64,000 bases of DNA from Gammaproteobacteria bacterium. Its GTDB lineage: Bacteria > Pseudomonadota > Gammaproteobacteria > Pseudomonadales > PIVM01. Positions 40,429-51,514 of the stretch are shown here, piece by piece. Both the position numbers and the translations under genes were made by a program. The stretch is from contig PIVM01000017.1 of the NCBI GenBank assembly GCA_003353945.1, positions 430 to 64,429 on the forward strand, written 5' to 3'. The notes beneath the pieces are model-generated. The model was given only the letters and a program-made list of their open reading frames with translations, had not been told where the DNA came from and did no database searches. Numbering within the stretch: position 1 is the stretch's first letter; each line of letters starts with the position of its first letter.

Positions 40429-41493
40429 TTAGTTGCCCCGATTTTCTGCTACGATTTGCCGGAAGCTGTTGAGCCGTCGCGGGCTTATTTGTCCTGTGCT
40501 GAGTGCATCGAGCAAAGCACAGCCAGGTTCTTTCTCATGTTGACAGTCTCGGAATTTGCAGTGACCAAGGAAGGGGCGAAACTCAACAAAAGCTTCCAGC
40601 AACTGTTCTCTTTCGATATGCCATAGGCCAAATTCTCGAATGCCTGGTGAATCAATTATTCTTCCACCCTCAGGCAAGTGAAATAATCGGGCTGTCGTGG
40701 TGGTGTGTCTGCCCTTGCCAGCAGCAGCGGAAAGTTCGCCAATTTTGAGCTTGGCATCGGGTAGTAGTGTGTTGATCAATGAGGATTTGCCTACACCCGA
40801 CTGGCCGACAAAAACGCTGGTCTGATGTTGAATACGGTTTTTTAGTTCCTCCAGGCCCTCTTGTGATTTAGTAGAGGCGTAACAGACTTGATAACCGAGG
40901 GTTGGATAAACAGACAGCAAATCAGTCATTGCATCTTCATTAACTGCATTCAGCAGATCTGTTTTGTTTAGCAGTAACAATGGCGTGATGCCAATATTCT
41001 CAGTGGCGACCAGGTAGCGATCGATTAAATTCGCGTGAGGAACGGGCTGGGGAGAAATAACGATCACAATCAGATCAATATTGCTTGCTACCGCTTTAAT
41101 TTGGCCGAAACTATCCGGCCTTTTCAACACAGAGCGCCTTGGAAGGTTGGCAACCACTACGCCGGTTGGCTTGCCCGGGCGCCAGATAACCTCGTCTCCT
41201 GTCACTAAGGACTGCAAATTTGCACGAATATGACAGCGCTGTGTTGGATTATCCAAGTTGTCTGCATTATTATTATTTTTATCTATATTGTCACTCGCGT
41301 TATCTGCACAGCCCTCAATGTCAGCCTGGGAGCCATAATGCGCAACGACCAAGCCCTTTTGTTCAGTGCCCAATTCTCCTTCCTGCAATGCCAGCTCTGA
41401 TTTTTCTGAACGGGCAGTAGCGCGTTGAGTGCGTTCTTCCTGAATTTTTTTTATGCGCCATTTTTGTTGGCGATTCAAGCGTCGTTTTGCCAT
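40429..41493 (-). CDS. rsgA: Ribosome small-subunit biogenesis GTPase RsgA
   Basis: G-motifs NKTDLL and GQSGVGKSSLIN, plus the zinc finger CKFRDCQHEKEPGC. I chose the start MAKRRLNRQQKWR (41493) because the longer ORF (to 41556) would overlap the orn start codon. Confidence 0.9.
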   Translation of the reverse strand: MAKRRLNRQQKWRIKKIQEERTQRATARSEKSELALQEGELGTEQKGLVVAHYGSQADIEGCADNASDNIDKNNNNADNLDNPTQRCHIRANLQSLVTGDEVIWRPGKPTGVVVANLPRRSVLKRPDSFGQIKAVASNIDLIVIVISPQPVPHANLIDRYLVATENIGITPLLLLNKTDLLNAVNEDAMTDLLSVYPTLGYQVCYASTKSQEGLEELKNRIQHQTSVFVGQSGVGKSSLINTLLPDAKLKIGELSAAAGKGRHTTTTARLFHLPEGGRIIDSPGIREFGLWHIEREQLLEAFVEFRPFLGHCKFRDCQHEKEPGCALLDALSTGQISPRRLNSFRQIVAENRGN

Positions 41494-41549
41494 AGCACTG
41501 AGCGAATCTGCTACACTCCTTAGTTGGTCACACTGGATGAGATACTTAC

Positions 41550-42092
41550 ATGACACAACAACATAACCTAATCTGGATCGATTTGGAAATGACGGGCCTT
41601 GATTCGGAAACGGATCTAATTATTGAAATTGCGACAATCGTAACGGATGGTAATCTTAATCCCCTGGCTGAAGGTCCGGTGATGGCCATTCATCAGTCTG
41701 ATGAGATACTCAATGGCATGGATGAATGGAATACGCGTCAACACGGTAAATCCGGCTTAACCGAACGAGTGCGCAATAGCAAAGTGACTGAAAGCAAAGC
41801 TGAAAAGGATACCCTGGAGTTTCTGCGCAAGAATGTCGATCGAGGTGCATCACCGATGTGTGGCAACAGTATTTGTCAGGATCGCCGTTTTATGGCGAAG
41901 CATATGCCGGAATTGGAAAATTATTTTCACTATCGCAATCTGGATGTGAGCACATTAAAGGAGCTGGCCCGTCGCTGGCGACCCGAGATACTGAAAGGTT
42001 TTTCGAAAAAAGCCAATCATTTGGCTATGGACGATATCAAAGAGTCGATTGCTGAACTGCAGTACTACCGTAAACATTTTATAGCAGATTAG
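41550..42092 (+). CDS. orn: Oligoribonuclease
   Basis: 180 aa with the DEDDh motifs [21 protein letters not shown] and [11 protein letters not shown]. Confidence 0.95.
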   Translation: MTQQHNLIWIDLEMTGLDSETDLIIEIATIVTDGNLNPLAEGPVMAIHQSDEILNGMDEWNTRQHGKSGLTERVRNSKVTESKAEKDTLEFLRKNVDRGASPMCGNSICQDRRFMAKHMPELENYFHYRNLDVSTLKELARRWRPEILKGFSKKANHLAMDDIKESIAELQYYRKHFIAD

Positions 42093-42122
42093 TGGTTAAT
42101 GAACTCAGGGATTCAGCTGACC

Positions 42123-43184
42123 TTAAACCTGGGTGCCGTGACGCTGTAAGGCCCACGCTACATGTTCTCTGACCAAGGCTGAAGAATGAATAGTGCGGTG
42201 TTGCAGGGCTGCAATAATATTTGGCTTGCTTTGCGCATTTCCCAAGGCGACCGCCAGATTACGCAGCCAGCGTTCGTGGCCGATGCGACGGATGGCCGAA
42301 CCTTGCGTATAGTTTAAAAACTGCTTTTCATCCCATAAAAACAGATCCACGAGTTCGCGGTCATCCAGCCGGTGACGTGGCTGGAAATCCGGCTCTTCTG
42401 TATAGCTGGCAAATTTGTTCCAGGGGCAAACCAGTTGACAGTCGTCACAGCCAAAAACCCGGTTGCCGATCAGGGGGCGCAGTTCAACGGGGATGCTGCC
42501 TTTTAACTCGATGGTCAGGTAGGAAATGCAACGTCTGGCATCAAGTACCCAGGATTTGACGAAAGCCTGGGTTGGGCAATTATCCAAACATCGACGACAA
42601 CTCCCGCAATGTTGAGTGGTCTGTTGTGGATCTATCGGTAATGGCACGTCTGTAAAGATTTCTCCAAGAAAAAACCAGGAGCCTGAAGAGCTGTTCATCA
42701 ACAGCGTGTTTTTGCCAATCCAGCCGTGACCGGCCTGCTGTGCGAGTGCGCGTTCCAATACCGGTGCGCTGTCGACAAAAGCACGATGCACATTGGAACC
42801 GGTGGCATTTTCGATTACATTAGCTAATTTGGCCAAGCGTTTGCGCATGAGTTTGTGATAATCACGCCCGAGAGCATAGCGGGAAATATAGGCTTTCTGA
42901 TCGTTTTCCAGAATTGTTTTGCTTTGCACAGCAGGTCTGTAGTTCATGAGACAGCTGATTACACGTTGCGTATCGGGTAGTAGTTTATCGGGTTTTGAGC
43001 GCAGGTCGGCGTGGTTTTCCATGTAGGCCATTTCACCGTGATAGCGATTGTTGAGCCAGCTACGCAGGTGGTGGTCATCCTGATCAATCGTTGCAGGACT
43101 GATATGTAAGGAATGAAAACCCAGTGCTTTAGCTTGTTGCCGTAATTGTTCAACCAATGTGGGATAATCAATTCTATAATTCAC
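42123..43184 (-). CDS. queG: Epoxyqueuosine reductase
   Basis: 353 aa with 4Fe-4S motifs CGSCRRCLDNCP and CDDCQLVCPWN, plus a HEAT-like C-terminus. Confidence 0.9.
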   Translation of the reverse strand: MNYRIDYPTLVEQLRQQAKALGFHSLHISPATIDQDDHHLRSWLNNRYHGEMAYMENHADLRSKPDKLLPDTQRVISCLMNYRPAVQSKTILENDQKAYISRYALGRDYHKLMRKRLAKLANVIENATGSNVHRAFVDSAPVLERALAQQAGHGWIGKNTLLMNSSSGSWFFLGEIFTDVPLPIDPQQTTQHCGSCRRCLDNCPTQAFVKSWVLDARRCISYLTIELKGSIPVELRPLIGNRVFGCDDCQLVCPWNKFASYTEEPDFQPRHRLDDRELVDLFLWDEKQFLNYTQGSAIRRIGHERWLRNLAVALGNAQSKPNIIAALQHRTIHSSALVREHVAWALQRHGTQV

Positions 43185-43310
43185 GGTTTGAGTCTATTTC
43201 CAGTTTGTCGTTAAATCCGGGTTGCCAGCAAACTGCCACAAGACAGTTGATGACCTGTTAACGCTTATAAAGCGACGATTATAAAGCTACATATACCAGG
43301 CGAGGAAGTC

Positions 43311-44819
43311 ATGCAAGACGATAAGCCATTGCCAGAGCCGCTTTATACGGCTGAGCAATCCCAGGAACTTGATCGTACCGCTATTGAAGAATACGGGATT
43401 CCAGGCATAACCTTGATGCAGCGTGCAGGGCAGGCCGCTTTTACCTTGTTGCGTGAAGTGTGGCCAGATGAGGAGGAGATTACAGTATTGTCTGGGACGG
43501 GTAATAACGGGGGCGATGGATTTGCTATTGCCTCACTGGCTCGCCAACACCAATTATCTGTGCGGGTTTTGCTGGTGGGGGCGACCGGTAAGATAGCGGG
43601 TGATGCGAGAAAGGCATACGATGCCGCGTTACTGGATGGCGTTACCGTTGAAGCGTTTAAAGGGAGTGAAACTCTGGGTTCCGGCGTCATTGTTGATGCG
43701 CTTTTAGGCACTGGTCTGGCCGGTGATGTGCGCAGTGATCACCAACAAGCCATTGATCTTATTAATAACAGCAAATTGCCCGTACTGGCCATTGATATTC
43801 CGTCAGGTCTTTGCAGTGATACAGGGCGTGTACTTGGCCGGGCGGTGAAAGCTGAGCATACAGTGACTTTTATTGGCTTAAAACAGGGCTTGCTGACTGC
43901 CCGGGGCCCCGCGTACTGCGGTCACGTGCACTTTGCTGGTCTGCAGGTTCCAGATCCCATTTATCAACGCGTACCCTCACACTGTTTACGTTATGATCTG
44001 GCATCTTTGGGTTGTGTTATGCCGGTTCGCCCGCGCGATGCACATAAAGGCATGTATGGGCATGTTTTAGTCGTCGGGGGGGATGAGGGTATGCCGGGTG
44101 CTGTGGCAATGGCTTGCGAGGCAGCGGTGCGTATCGGTGCGGGTCTGGTGTCGGTTGCAACCCGTCCAGAACATATTTCCGCTTTGGTAAGTCGGCGTCC
44201 GGAGGTGATGGTGCATGGCGTTCGTTCCGGGCAGGAATTGGAGCCTTTACTGGAACGGCCGTCTGTGATTGTGATTGGCCCCGGGCTGGGACGTAGCGCC
44301 TGGTCAGAACAGTTATTGCAAAAAGTTGTTCAAACGCAATGCCCGCTTGTGGTGGATGCAGATGCGTTAAATATTCTCTGTGAAGGCAGAGTCATACCAA
44401 AGCCTGGGCGTGATAACTGGGTTTTGACACCGCATCCGGGTGAAGCTGCACGATTATTGGATACGTCGACTGAGGATATTCAGGCGGATCGCTTTAAGGC
44501 AGTGAAAAAAATTCAAAGACAGTACGGCGGTGTGGCAGTGTTGAAAGGGGCCGGTAGCTTAATCGCGGCTGATAACGTGCTGCATCTGTGCCATCTCGGT
44601 AATCCTGGAATGGCCAGCGGAGGTATGGGAGACGTTTTGAGCGGTGTGATAGGCGGTTTGCTAGCCCAGGGCTTAACGCCAGCGATGGCTGCTCGGGCAG
44701 GCGTGGCATTGCATGCGCGAGCTGCTGATCTTGTGGCGGCGACGGAGGGTGAATGTGGTTTGTTGGCGACCGATCTGATTATGTGTATGAAACACTTGGT
44801 AAACGGTAAGGTTAATTGA
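43311..44819 (+). CDS. nnr: Bifunctional NAD(P)H-hydrate repair enzyme (epimerase/dehydratase)
   Basis: 502 aa. The YjeF N-terminal domain has GTGNNGGDG. The C-terminal carbohydrate-kinase-like domain has KGMYGHVLVVGG and GMASGGMGDVLSG. Confidence 0.9.
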   Translation: MQDDKPLPEPLYTAEQSQELDRTAIEEYGIPGITLMQRAGQAAFTLLREVWPDEEEITVLSGTGNNGGDGFAIASLARQHQLSVRVLLVGATGKIAGDARKAYDAALLDGVTVEAFKGSETLGSGVIVDALLGTGLAGDVRSDHQQAIDLINNSKLPVLAIDIPSGLCSDTGRVLGRAVKAEHTVTFIGLKQGLLTARGPAYCGHVHFAGLQVPDPIYQRVPSHCLRYDLASLGCVMPVRPRDAHKGMYGHVLVVGGDEGMPGAVAMACEAAVRIGAGLVSVATRPEHISALVSRRPEVMVHGVRSGQELEPLLERPSVIVIGPGLGRSAWSEQLLQKVVQTQCPLVVDADALNILCEGRVIPKPGRDNWVLTPHPGEAARLLDTSTEDIQADRFKAVKKIQRQYGGVAVLKGAGSLIAADNVLHLCHLGNPGMASGGMGDVLSGVIGGLLAQGLTPAMAARAGVALHARAADLVAATEGECGLLATDLIMCMKHLVNGKVN

Positions 44820-45271
44820 TGAAAAGTCGAAATCTACCTGATGAGGCTGCAACCGTATCCTACGGCCAACATCTTGTAATGGCAATTGACGGCGGTGCTG
44901 TGGTTTATCTGATAGGTGATTTGGGTGCAGGTAAAACGACCTTCTGTCGGGGTGTGTTGCGTGCACTGGGTTATTTGGGTGCAGTCAAAAGCCCAACTTA
45001 CACCCTGGTCGAACCGTATCACTTGGATCAAAAAACGGTTTATCATTTTGATTTTTACCGATTGCAGGATCCACAGGAGCTGGACTATATGGGTATTCGG
45101 GATTATTTTCAGCCGCAAAATCTCTGTTTGATTGAGTGGCCTACACGTGGTCTTGGTTATATCCCTGCCCCAGATTTGGAAATTCAATTTGAATATGCTG
45201 ATGGCGGACGTTCCGTTGAGTGTATTGCTATGACAGATTGTGGCAAAAAGATACTGTCAGCGCTTGAGTAA
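44816..45271 (+). CDS. tsaE: tRNA t6A37 biosynthesis protein TsaE
   Basis: 151 aa. P-loop GDLGAGKTTFCRG and SPTYTLVEPY. ATGA overlap with the nnr stop. Confidence 0.9.
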   Translation: MMKSRNLPDEAATVSYGQHLVMAIDGGAVVYLIGDLGAGKTTFCRGVLRALGYLGAVKSPTYTLVEPYHLDQKTVYHFDFYRLQDPQELDYMGIRDYFQPQNLCLIEWPTRGLGYIPAPDLEIQFEYADGGRSVECIAMTDCGKKILSALE

Positions 45272-45380
45272 TTGTGTGAACTGTCTAGACTCTCATTTAA
45301 AGAGTGGGCGCTCAAGGAATAAGCGCATAAGAAATAAATACTTAGGGATTATTCTTAAATGTAAGCATGAAGAGGTACAT

Positions 45381-46748
45381 GTGAAGAGAAGCACATGTGA
45401 AGTGGGAAAGCGCGTAAAGAAAAAGTGTGTCGGAATCGGTTTCGTCGGAATTTATTTGGCGTTATGGGCAATGACCGTATCTTCGGCCAGCTATGCCGCG
45501 ACTATCAACGATATACGTCTGTGGCGAGCGCCAGATAATACGCGTATCGTTTTTGATCTGGATGTCCCCGTGGAACATCGGATTATCACCCTGGATAAAC
45601 CACACCGCCTGGTCATTGATGTGCCGGGCGCAAAATTGCAGACCAATCTGAAAAAGGTGAATTTGCAAGGCAGTCCAATCCGCAAAATTCGTAGTGGTGT
45701 TCAGAACAACCGGGATCTGCGCATAGTGCTTGATCTGAACGCTGCGGTAAAACCGCGCAGCTTTGTGCTTAAACGCAACCAGCAATACGGCGATCGCCTG
45801 GTGGTAGACCTGTTTGATAAGGCACATAAAAAACGCCAGGCAGTGAAAAAAGTCGCGAGCGTGGCGCGCCAGCGACGCGATATTATTGTCGCCATTGATG
45901 CCGGTCACGGGGGGGAGGATCCAGGCGCGTTGGGGCCAAACAAAGTTCGTGAAAAACATGTGGTGATGAGTATTGCGAAGGAATTGGAAAAACTGTTTAA
46001 AAATGCCAAAGGTTACCGTCCAGTGATGATCCGAAAAGGGGATTATTATATCGGCCTGAAAAAACGGCGGGAATTCGCGCGTAGCAAGCAAGCCGATGTG
46101 TTTATTTCAGTTCATGCCGATGCGTTCAAAAATCCCAAAGCCAAGGGCAGTTCCGTGTATGTACTGTCCTCAAAAGGTGCAACCAGTACAGCTGCGCAAT
46201 ATTTGGCCGACAGTGAAAACAGGGCCGATATCATCGGTGGTGTTAACCTTGCTGAAAAAGATGATCTTGTGTATGAAGTATTGCTGGATCTGTCCATGAC
46301 TTACAAATTGAGCGCCAGTATGGGCGTGGGAAAACAGGTACTGCGGCATGTCAAACAAGTCTCTCGATTGCACAGCCGCCAGGTCGAAAAGGCGGCTTTT
46401 GCCGTTTTGAAAACCCCCGACATACCGTCGATTCTTGTGGAGACCGGTTTTATTTCCAATCCTGGAGAGGCAAAAAAGCTCAATACTCCGTCCTATCAAC
46501 GAAAAATGGCTAAAGCAATTTACCAAGGTGTAAGTGCTTACTATGGCCAAAACCCGCCAGATGGGAGCTATATAGCCTGGCAAAACAAACTGCGGCCACA
46601 AGCTAAGGAGTACGTGGTGGGCAGAGGTGATACGCTGTCTGAAATTGCTGAACGATATCAAGTATCGGTGAGGGCTATTCGCAAACAGAACGGATTGAGT
46701 AATAATGCAATCCGGATTGGGCAACGTATTATTATCCCAGCTTCTTAA
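45381..46748 (+). CDS. amiB: N-acetylmuramoyl-L-alanine amidase (AMIN domain + Amidase_3 + C-terminal LysM)
   Basis: Signal-like segment, then AMIN domain ([19 protein letters not shown]), catalytic site [13 protein letters not shown], and LysM ([19 protein letters not shown]). I chose the GTG at 45381 because AAGAGG lies 5 nt upstream. The ORF track extends to 45240, which overlaps tsaE. Confidence 0.88.
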   Translation: MKRSTCEVGKRVKKKCVGIGFVGIYLALWAMTVSSASYAATINDIRLWRAPDNTRIVFDLDVPVEHRIITLDKPHRLVIDVPGAKLQTNLKKVNLQGSPIRKIRSGVQNNRDLRIVLDLNAAVKPRSFVLKRNQQYGDRLVVDLFDKAHKKRQAVKKVASVARQRRDIIVAIDAGHGGEDPGALGPNKVREKHVVMSIAKELEKLFKNAKGYRPVMIRKGDYYIGLKKRREFARSKQADVFISVHADAFKNPKAKGSSVYVLSSKGATSTAAQYLADSENRADIIGGVNLAEKDDLVYEVLLDLSMTYKLSASMGVGKQVLRHVKQVSRLHSRQVEKAAFAVLKTPDIPSILVETGFISNPGEAKKLNTPSYQRKMAKAIYQGVSAYYGQNPPDGSYIAWQNKLRPQAKEYVVGRGDTLSEIAERYQVSVRAIRKQNGLSNNAIRIGQRIIIPAS

Positions 46749-46773
46749 CTCATACTTTTCGACACATCATTCT

Positions 46774-48699
46774 ATGCCGTGCATAAAATTACTCAGTCCT
46801 CGCTTGGCCAATCAAATTGCGGCCGGTGAAGTGGTGGAGCGTCCTGCCTCCGTCGTCAAAGAATTGCTGGAGAACAGCCTTGATGCGGGTGCGGTGCAGG
46901 TGGATATTGATATAGAGGCGGGTGGTAGGAAATTAATTCGGGTACGGGATAACGGCTGCGGCATTGCGAAGGACGAGCTTGCGTTGGCGTTAAGTCGTCA
47001 TGCGACCAGTAAAATTGAAAATCTGGACGATTTGGAATCGGTGGCAACACTTGGATTTCGTGGCGAGGCATTGGCAAGTATTGGCTCCGTTGCCCGTCTT
47101 TCGCTGGCGAGCAATCATGTCGACAACGGTAATGAGGCCTGGTGCGTTAGCAGTGAAGGTCGTGAGATGCAATCGATTGTGCTACCGGCTGCCCATCCCA
47201 GGGGCAGCAGTGTTGAAGTACGTGATCTGTTTTTCAATACGCCGGCAAGACGTAAGTTTATGCGGGCTGAAAAAACGGAGTTCAATCACGTTGAAGAAGT
47301 GATTAAACGCCAGGCGCTGAGTCGATACGATGTGGGTTTTACATTGCGCCATAATCAGCGAACCATCCATACATTCAAAGCTACTCAAAATGCGAGTCAG
47401 CAGACTGACGGGCGTGAGCGTCGCGTTGCACAGATTTGTGGTCCGGCGTTTATGGAAAACGCAGTCTATGTCGAAGCGCAAGCGCTTGGATTAAAACTAT
47501 GGGGTTGGGTGGCGTTGCCAACCTTCTCGCGCAGTCAGTCCGATCTACAATACTTCTTTGTCAACGGGCGTGTTATTCGCGACAAACTGGTGTCTCATGC
47601 GGTGCGACAGGCCTATCGCGATGTGCTTTATCACGGTCGTCATCCAGCCTATGTGTTGTATTTTGAGTTAGATCCGGCGACGGTGGATGTGAATGTGCAC
47701 CCCACCAAACACGAGGTGCGGTTTCGCGATGGGCGCAGTGCGCATGATTTTATATTCCGAACGCTGCATAAGGCCCTGGCAGATGTGCGGCCTGACGATC
47801 AATTGGGGCAACCTACTGTTCAGCAGAGCCCAGACTCTATGGTCAGCGGTGTGAAGGCAGGAGAGTTTGGGCAACAGCAGCAGATTCGGTTACAACCCCC
47901 GGTTTCTCATTCCCCCGTTTCTCATCGCCAGTCATTGAGTTCTGGGCAAGTACGTGAACAAGTACGTGAACAAGTATGTGAACAAGTATGTGAACAACAG
48001 GCGGCTTATCGATCATTGCACGAAACTGATCTCAATAATGTGATGTCTCAGTTGTCAACGCAGCTTCAGGAGAGAGAGGAGCAAAGCGATAAACTTGCAG
48101 AATCCGATCAGCCCATACCGCCACTGGGTTTTGCCTTGGCGCAGTTACACGGTGTCTACATACTTGCCGAAAATCAACACGGTTTAGTGCTGGTCGATAT
48201 GCATGCAGCCCATGAACGTATTACCTACGAGCGCATGAAAATAGCCCGTGCCGCAGAGGGCATCAAGGTGCAGCCCTTACTGGTACCCTTATCCGTTGCC
48301 GTAAGTGAGCGCGAGGCAAATGCAGCTGAGCAGTTTGCGGCACAGTTTCAGCACTTGGGATTTGAATTGCAACGCATGAGCAATGAAAGCCTTGTGGTGC
48401 GACAAGTGCCGGTGTTGTTATCGGGCGCTGATATTGAAAAACTGCTGCGCGATGTGTTGGCAGATGTCATTACCCACGGTAGCAGTGATCGCATCGAAGC
48501 ACATACAGACGAAATTCTGGCCACGATGGCCTGTCATGGTTCGGTGAGAGCGAACCGACTTCTCTCGCTGGCGGAAATGAATGCTTTGCTAAGAGATATG
48601 GAGCAAACCGAGCGCAGTGGGCAATGCAATCACGGAAGACCGACCTGGGCGCAATTGACACTTGATGAATTGAATGCCTTATTTATGCGTGGACGATAG
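46774..48699 (+). CDS. mutL: DNA mismatch repair protein MutL
   Basis: From the ATG at 46774: [39 protein letters not shown] (GHKL ATPase). The C-terminal domain includes the ...CNHGRPTW motif. The ORF-track start at 46705 overlaps amiB and is less likely. Confidence 0.93.
   Translation: MPCIKLLSPRLANQIAAGEVVERPASVVKELLENSLDAGAVQVDIDIEAGGRKLIRVRDNGCGIAKDELALALSRHATSKIENLDDLESVATLGFRGEALASIGSVARLSLASNHVDNGNEAWCVSSEGREMQSIVLPAAHPRGSSVEVRDLFFNTPARRKFMRAEKTEFNHVEEVIKRQALSRYDVGFTLRHNQRTIHTFKATQNASQQTDGRERRVAQICGPAFMENAVYVEAQALGLKLWGWVALPTFSRSQSDLQYFFVNGRVIRDKLVSHAVRQAYRDVLYHGRHPAYVLYFELDPATVDVNVHPTKHEVRFRDGRSAHDFIFRTLHKALADVRPDDQLGQPTVQQSPDSMVSGVKAGEFGQQQQIRLQPPVSHSPVSHRQSLSSGQVREQVREQVCEQVCEQQAAYRSLHETDLNNVMSQLSTQLQEREEQSDKLAESDQPIPPLGFALAQLHGVYILAENQHGLVLVDMHAAHERITYERMKIARAAEGIKVQPLLVPLSVAVSEREANAAEQFAAQFQHLGFELQRMSNESLVVRQVPVLLSGADIEKLLRDVLADVITHGSSDRIEAHTDEILATMACHGSVRANRLLSLAEMNALLRDMEQTERSGQCNHGRPTWAQLTLDELNALFMRGR
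47947..47997 (+). repeat. In-frame 12-nt tandem repeat CAAGTA(C/T)GTGAA x4.25 inside the mutL linker
   Basis: The units run caagtacgtgaa, caagtacgtgaa, caagtatgtgaa, caagtatgtgaa, then caa. They encode [17 protein letters not shown]. Confidence 0.95.
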
Positions 48700-49712
48700 T
48701 GCTTGGACCGCTAACTGTGCCTGATTCAAATTTGCCAGCTGCCATTATGCTGATGGGACCGACCGCATCGGGTAAAACCGAATTGGCGATGGCGCTTTGT
48801 CGGCAGTTGCCCTGCGATATCATCAGTGTGGATTCAGCACAGGTCTATCGCGGCATGGACATTGGCTCTGCAAAACCGTCAGCCGAGTTATTAAAACAAT
48901 ATCCGCATCGCCTGGTGGATATCCGTGATCCAGCTGATCCTTATTCGGCAGCCCAATTTCGTGAAGACGCCTTGCGTGAAATGCACGATATCACCGCCAA
49001 TGGGCGCATTCCCTTACTGGTTGGCGGTACGATGTTGTATTTCAAAGTGCTGCTCCAGGGCATTGGAGATCTACCCTCTGCTGATCATGATATACGGGCT
49101 CAAATCAATGCTGAAGCAAAAGCGCATGGCTGGCCGCATATCCATCAGCAGTTGGCTGTGGTCGATCCACAATCAGCGCAAAGAATTTTTCCTAACGATC
49201 CACAACGTTTGCAGCGCGCTCTTGAGGTTTACAGAATTACCGGCGTCACCTTAACTGAATGGCACGCAAGACAACATCGGCGTCAAGCCGAATCAATCCC
49301 CTTCAGCTTATATCAAATGGCCATTGCTCCTCGGGATCGCAGCGTGCTTCATGCGCGGATTGCAGCGCGTTTTGAGCAAATGCTCGAGCAGGGTTTGCTT
49401 GCTGAGGTGCAGGTCTTATTTGGTCGTGATGATATGCATGCTGGATTACCCGCGATAAAAGCCGTGGGTTATCGCCAGGTTTGGGAGTACCTGGAGGGTA
49501 AGCTCAGTTATGACGAGATGATTGAAAGGGGAATTATTGCCACGCGACAACTGGCCAAGCGCCAATATACTTGGTTGCGCAGCTGGCCTGATTTGCACTG
49601 GATCTACACGGACCATGAAAGCTGTGCAGATACGAGCGTGGTGTATCGACAAAAATGCAGCGAAGAATTGCTGGTGGAAAGCCTCGATTATCTTGAGGAG
49701 ATACGCTTGTAA
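48699..49712 (+). CDS. miaA: tRNA dimethylallyltransferase
   Basis: P-loop [10 protein letters not shown], plus [18 protein letters not shown] and GGTMLYFK. The GTG start overlaps the mutL stop. An in-frame TTG at 48732 is an alternative start. Confidence 0.92.
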   Translation: MLGPLTVPDSNLPAAIMLMGPTASGKTELAMALCRQLPCDIISVDSAQVYRGMDIGSAKPSAELLKQYPHRLVDIRDPADPYSAAQFREDALREMHDITANGRIPLLVGGTMLYFKVLLQGIGDLPSADHDIRAQINAEAKAHGWPHIHQQLAVVDPQSAQRIFPNDPQRLQRALEVYRITGVTLTEWHARQHRRQAESIPFSLYQMAIAPRDRSVLHARIAARFEQMLEQGLLAEVQVLFGRDDMHAGLPAIKAVGYRQVWEYLEGKLSYDEMIERGIIATRQLAKRQYTWLRSWPDLHWIYTDHESCADTSVVYRQKCSEELLVESLDYLEEIRL

Positions 49713-49796
49713 ATCTGTACTATTTATCAGGAAGTCTTGATAGACTGTGAAACCTCCGATTCCCGACGAGGGGACAGGCTTCCATGGAGATAAAAA

Positions 49797-50045
49797 ATGT
49801 CAAAAGGACGCAGTATACAAGATCCTTATCTGAACGAATTACGCAAAGAGCGTATTCCAGTATCCATTTTTCTGGTTAATGGCATCAAGCTTCAGGGGCA
49901 AATCGATTCGTTTGATCAGTTCGTTGTAGTATTAAAAAATACGGCCAGCCAGCTCGTGTATAAACATGCCATTTCTACTGTGGTACCCTCCCGCCCAGTG
50001 CGTATACCCCTACAGAATCCACCAAGTGATGATGAAGGTAATTAA
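49797..50045 (+). CDS. hfq: RNA chaperone Hfq
   Basis: 82 aa. The Sm motifs span [41 protein letters not shown] and [10 protein letters not shown]. Confidence 0.98.
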   Translation: MSKGRSIQDPYLNELRKERIPVSIFLVNGIKLQGQIDSFDQFVVVLKNTASQLVYKHAISTVVPSRPVRIPLQNPPSDDEGN

Positions 50046-50062
50046 ATTCTTGAGGTGTTTGT

Positions 50063-51361
50063 TTGTTTTTTGAACGGCCAAAATCGGGTGAGCTTGCTGT
50101 ATTGGTCCACATGGATTTTTCTCACGAGTTGGAACGAGAAGACCCCCGCGAGTTTGAAGAGCTGGTATTGTCTGCCGGTGGTGATCCGGTGGAATATTTT
50201 ACCGGTCAGCGTGTGGCGCCTAATCCCAAATATTTTGTTGGAAGCGGCAAACTGGCGGAAATCAAAGCGGCGGTAGATCAACATCAGGCGGGATTGGTAC
50301 TATTTAATCATAGCCTATCGCCGAGCCAGGAACGCAATCTTGAAAAAGAACTGAATTGTCGGGTGCTGGATCGCACCGGATTGATCCTCGATATCTTTGC
50401 GCAACGTGCAAGAACGCACGAAGGGAAATTGCAGGTTGAGTTGGCGCAGTTGCAGCATATGTCCACGCGGCTTGTGCGCGGTTGGACGCATCTTGAAAGG
50501 CAGAAAGGGGGTATTGGGCTGCGAGGGCCTGGTGAGACGCAGTTAGAGACGGATAGGCGACTGCTGCGTGTCCGCATAAAATCCATTACCCGGCGTCTAG
50601 AAAAAGTGCAAAAGCAACGCCAACAGGGGCGACGGGCGCGGCAACGAGCGGATATTTCGACTATATCGCTGGTCGGTTATACCAATGCAGGCAAGTCGAC
50701 TCTGTTTAACAGTGTGACAGACGCTGAAGTGTATGCGGCCGACCAACTCTTCGCCACCTTGGATCCTACGCTGCGCCGATTACAACTTCCTGATGTCGGC
50801 CCGGTTGTTCTCGCTGATACTGTAGGGTTTATCCGGCATTTGCCCCATAAGTTGGTGGATGCCTTTAAAGCGACGCTGGAAGAAGCATCGGAGGCAGATT
50901 TATTGCTGCATGTAATTGATGCCAGTGACTCGCAGCGCCTGGATAATATTGAACAGGTTGAGTCGGTACTCAATGAAATTGGCGCTGATCATATTCCCTG
51001 TTTGCAGATTTACAATAAAATTGATTTGTTATCCAGCGTTGAACCGCGTTTGGATCGCAATGAATCAGGAAGACCGCAGGCGGTATGGCTTTCAGCGCAA
51101 GAGGGGCAGGGGTTAGAATTCCTAACAAACGCCTTAAGCGAGTGGTTTGCTGACGAGATACTGCAGGTTGTCCTGCCGGTTCAAATTGAACAGGGGCGAT
51201 TGCGAGCAAAGTTATATAAACTGGGAGCGGTTCAAGCGGAAGCTTATCAAGCGGATGGTGGCAGTGAATTAACCCTACGCGCACAAAAAAAGGATCTACT
51301 GCGCGTGCTAAATCAGGAAAATATTGATCTCACATTAGCAAAGCGGTGTGATGCAGAGTGA
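50063..51361 (+). CDS. hflX: GTPase HflX
   Basis: TTG start with GAGG 7 nt upstream. G1 motif GYTNAGKSTLFN, G3 motif DTVGF, G4 motif NKID. Confidence 0.93.
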   Translation: MFFERPKSGELAVLVHMDFSHELEREDPREFEELVLSAGGDPVEYFTGQRVAPNPKYFVGSGKLAEIKAAVDQHQAGLVLFNHSLSPSQERNLEKELNCRVLDRTGLILDIFAQRARTHEGKLQVELAQLQHMSTRLVRGWTHLERQKGGIGLRGPGETQLETDRRLLRVRIKSITRRLEKVQKQRQQGRRARQRADISTISLVGYTNAGKSTLFNSVTDAEVYAADQLFATLDPTLRRLQLPDVGPVVLADTVGFIRHLPHKLVDAFKATLEEASEADLLLHVIDASDSQRLDNIEQVESVLNEIGADHIPCLQIYNKIDLLSSVEPRLDRNESGRPQAVWLSAQEGQGLEFLTNALSEWFADEILQVVLPVQIEQGRLRAKLYKLGAVQAEAYQADGGSELTLRAQKKDLLRVLNQENIDLTLAKRCDAE

Positions 51362-51514
51362 GTGTATATTTTGTTCAGCTTGATCGGAGCAATAAAAAAA
51401 TGGAATTGACGTTTTTTTTCATGAACGCAACTAATGCTGTGGTTACGAGTCGGGTCTGCTACAATCTGCATCCGTCGATCTTCTCTCAATTAATAGAAAG
51501 TTAGGGAGCCTAAT

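Noticed and set aside
41494-41556. 21-codon N-terminal extension of rsgA ([21 protein letters not shown])
   Set aside because: It would make the rsgA coding region overlap the divergent orn start codon. The internal MAKRRLNRQQKWR matches the usual basic RsgA N-terminus.
45462-46724. Long antisense ORFs inside amiB (209 aa at 45462-46091 and 184 aa at 46170-46724)
   Set aside because: These are shadow ORFs opposite a gene with clear AMIN, Amidase_3 and LysM motifs. Their sequences are low-complexity and atypical.
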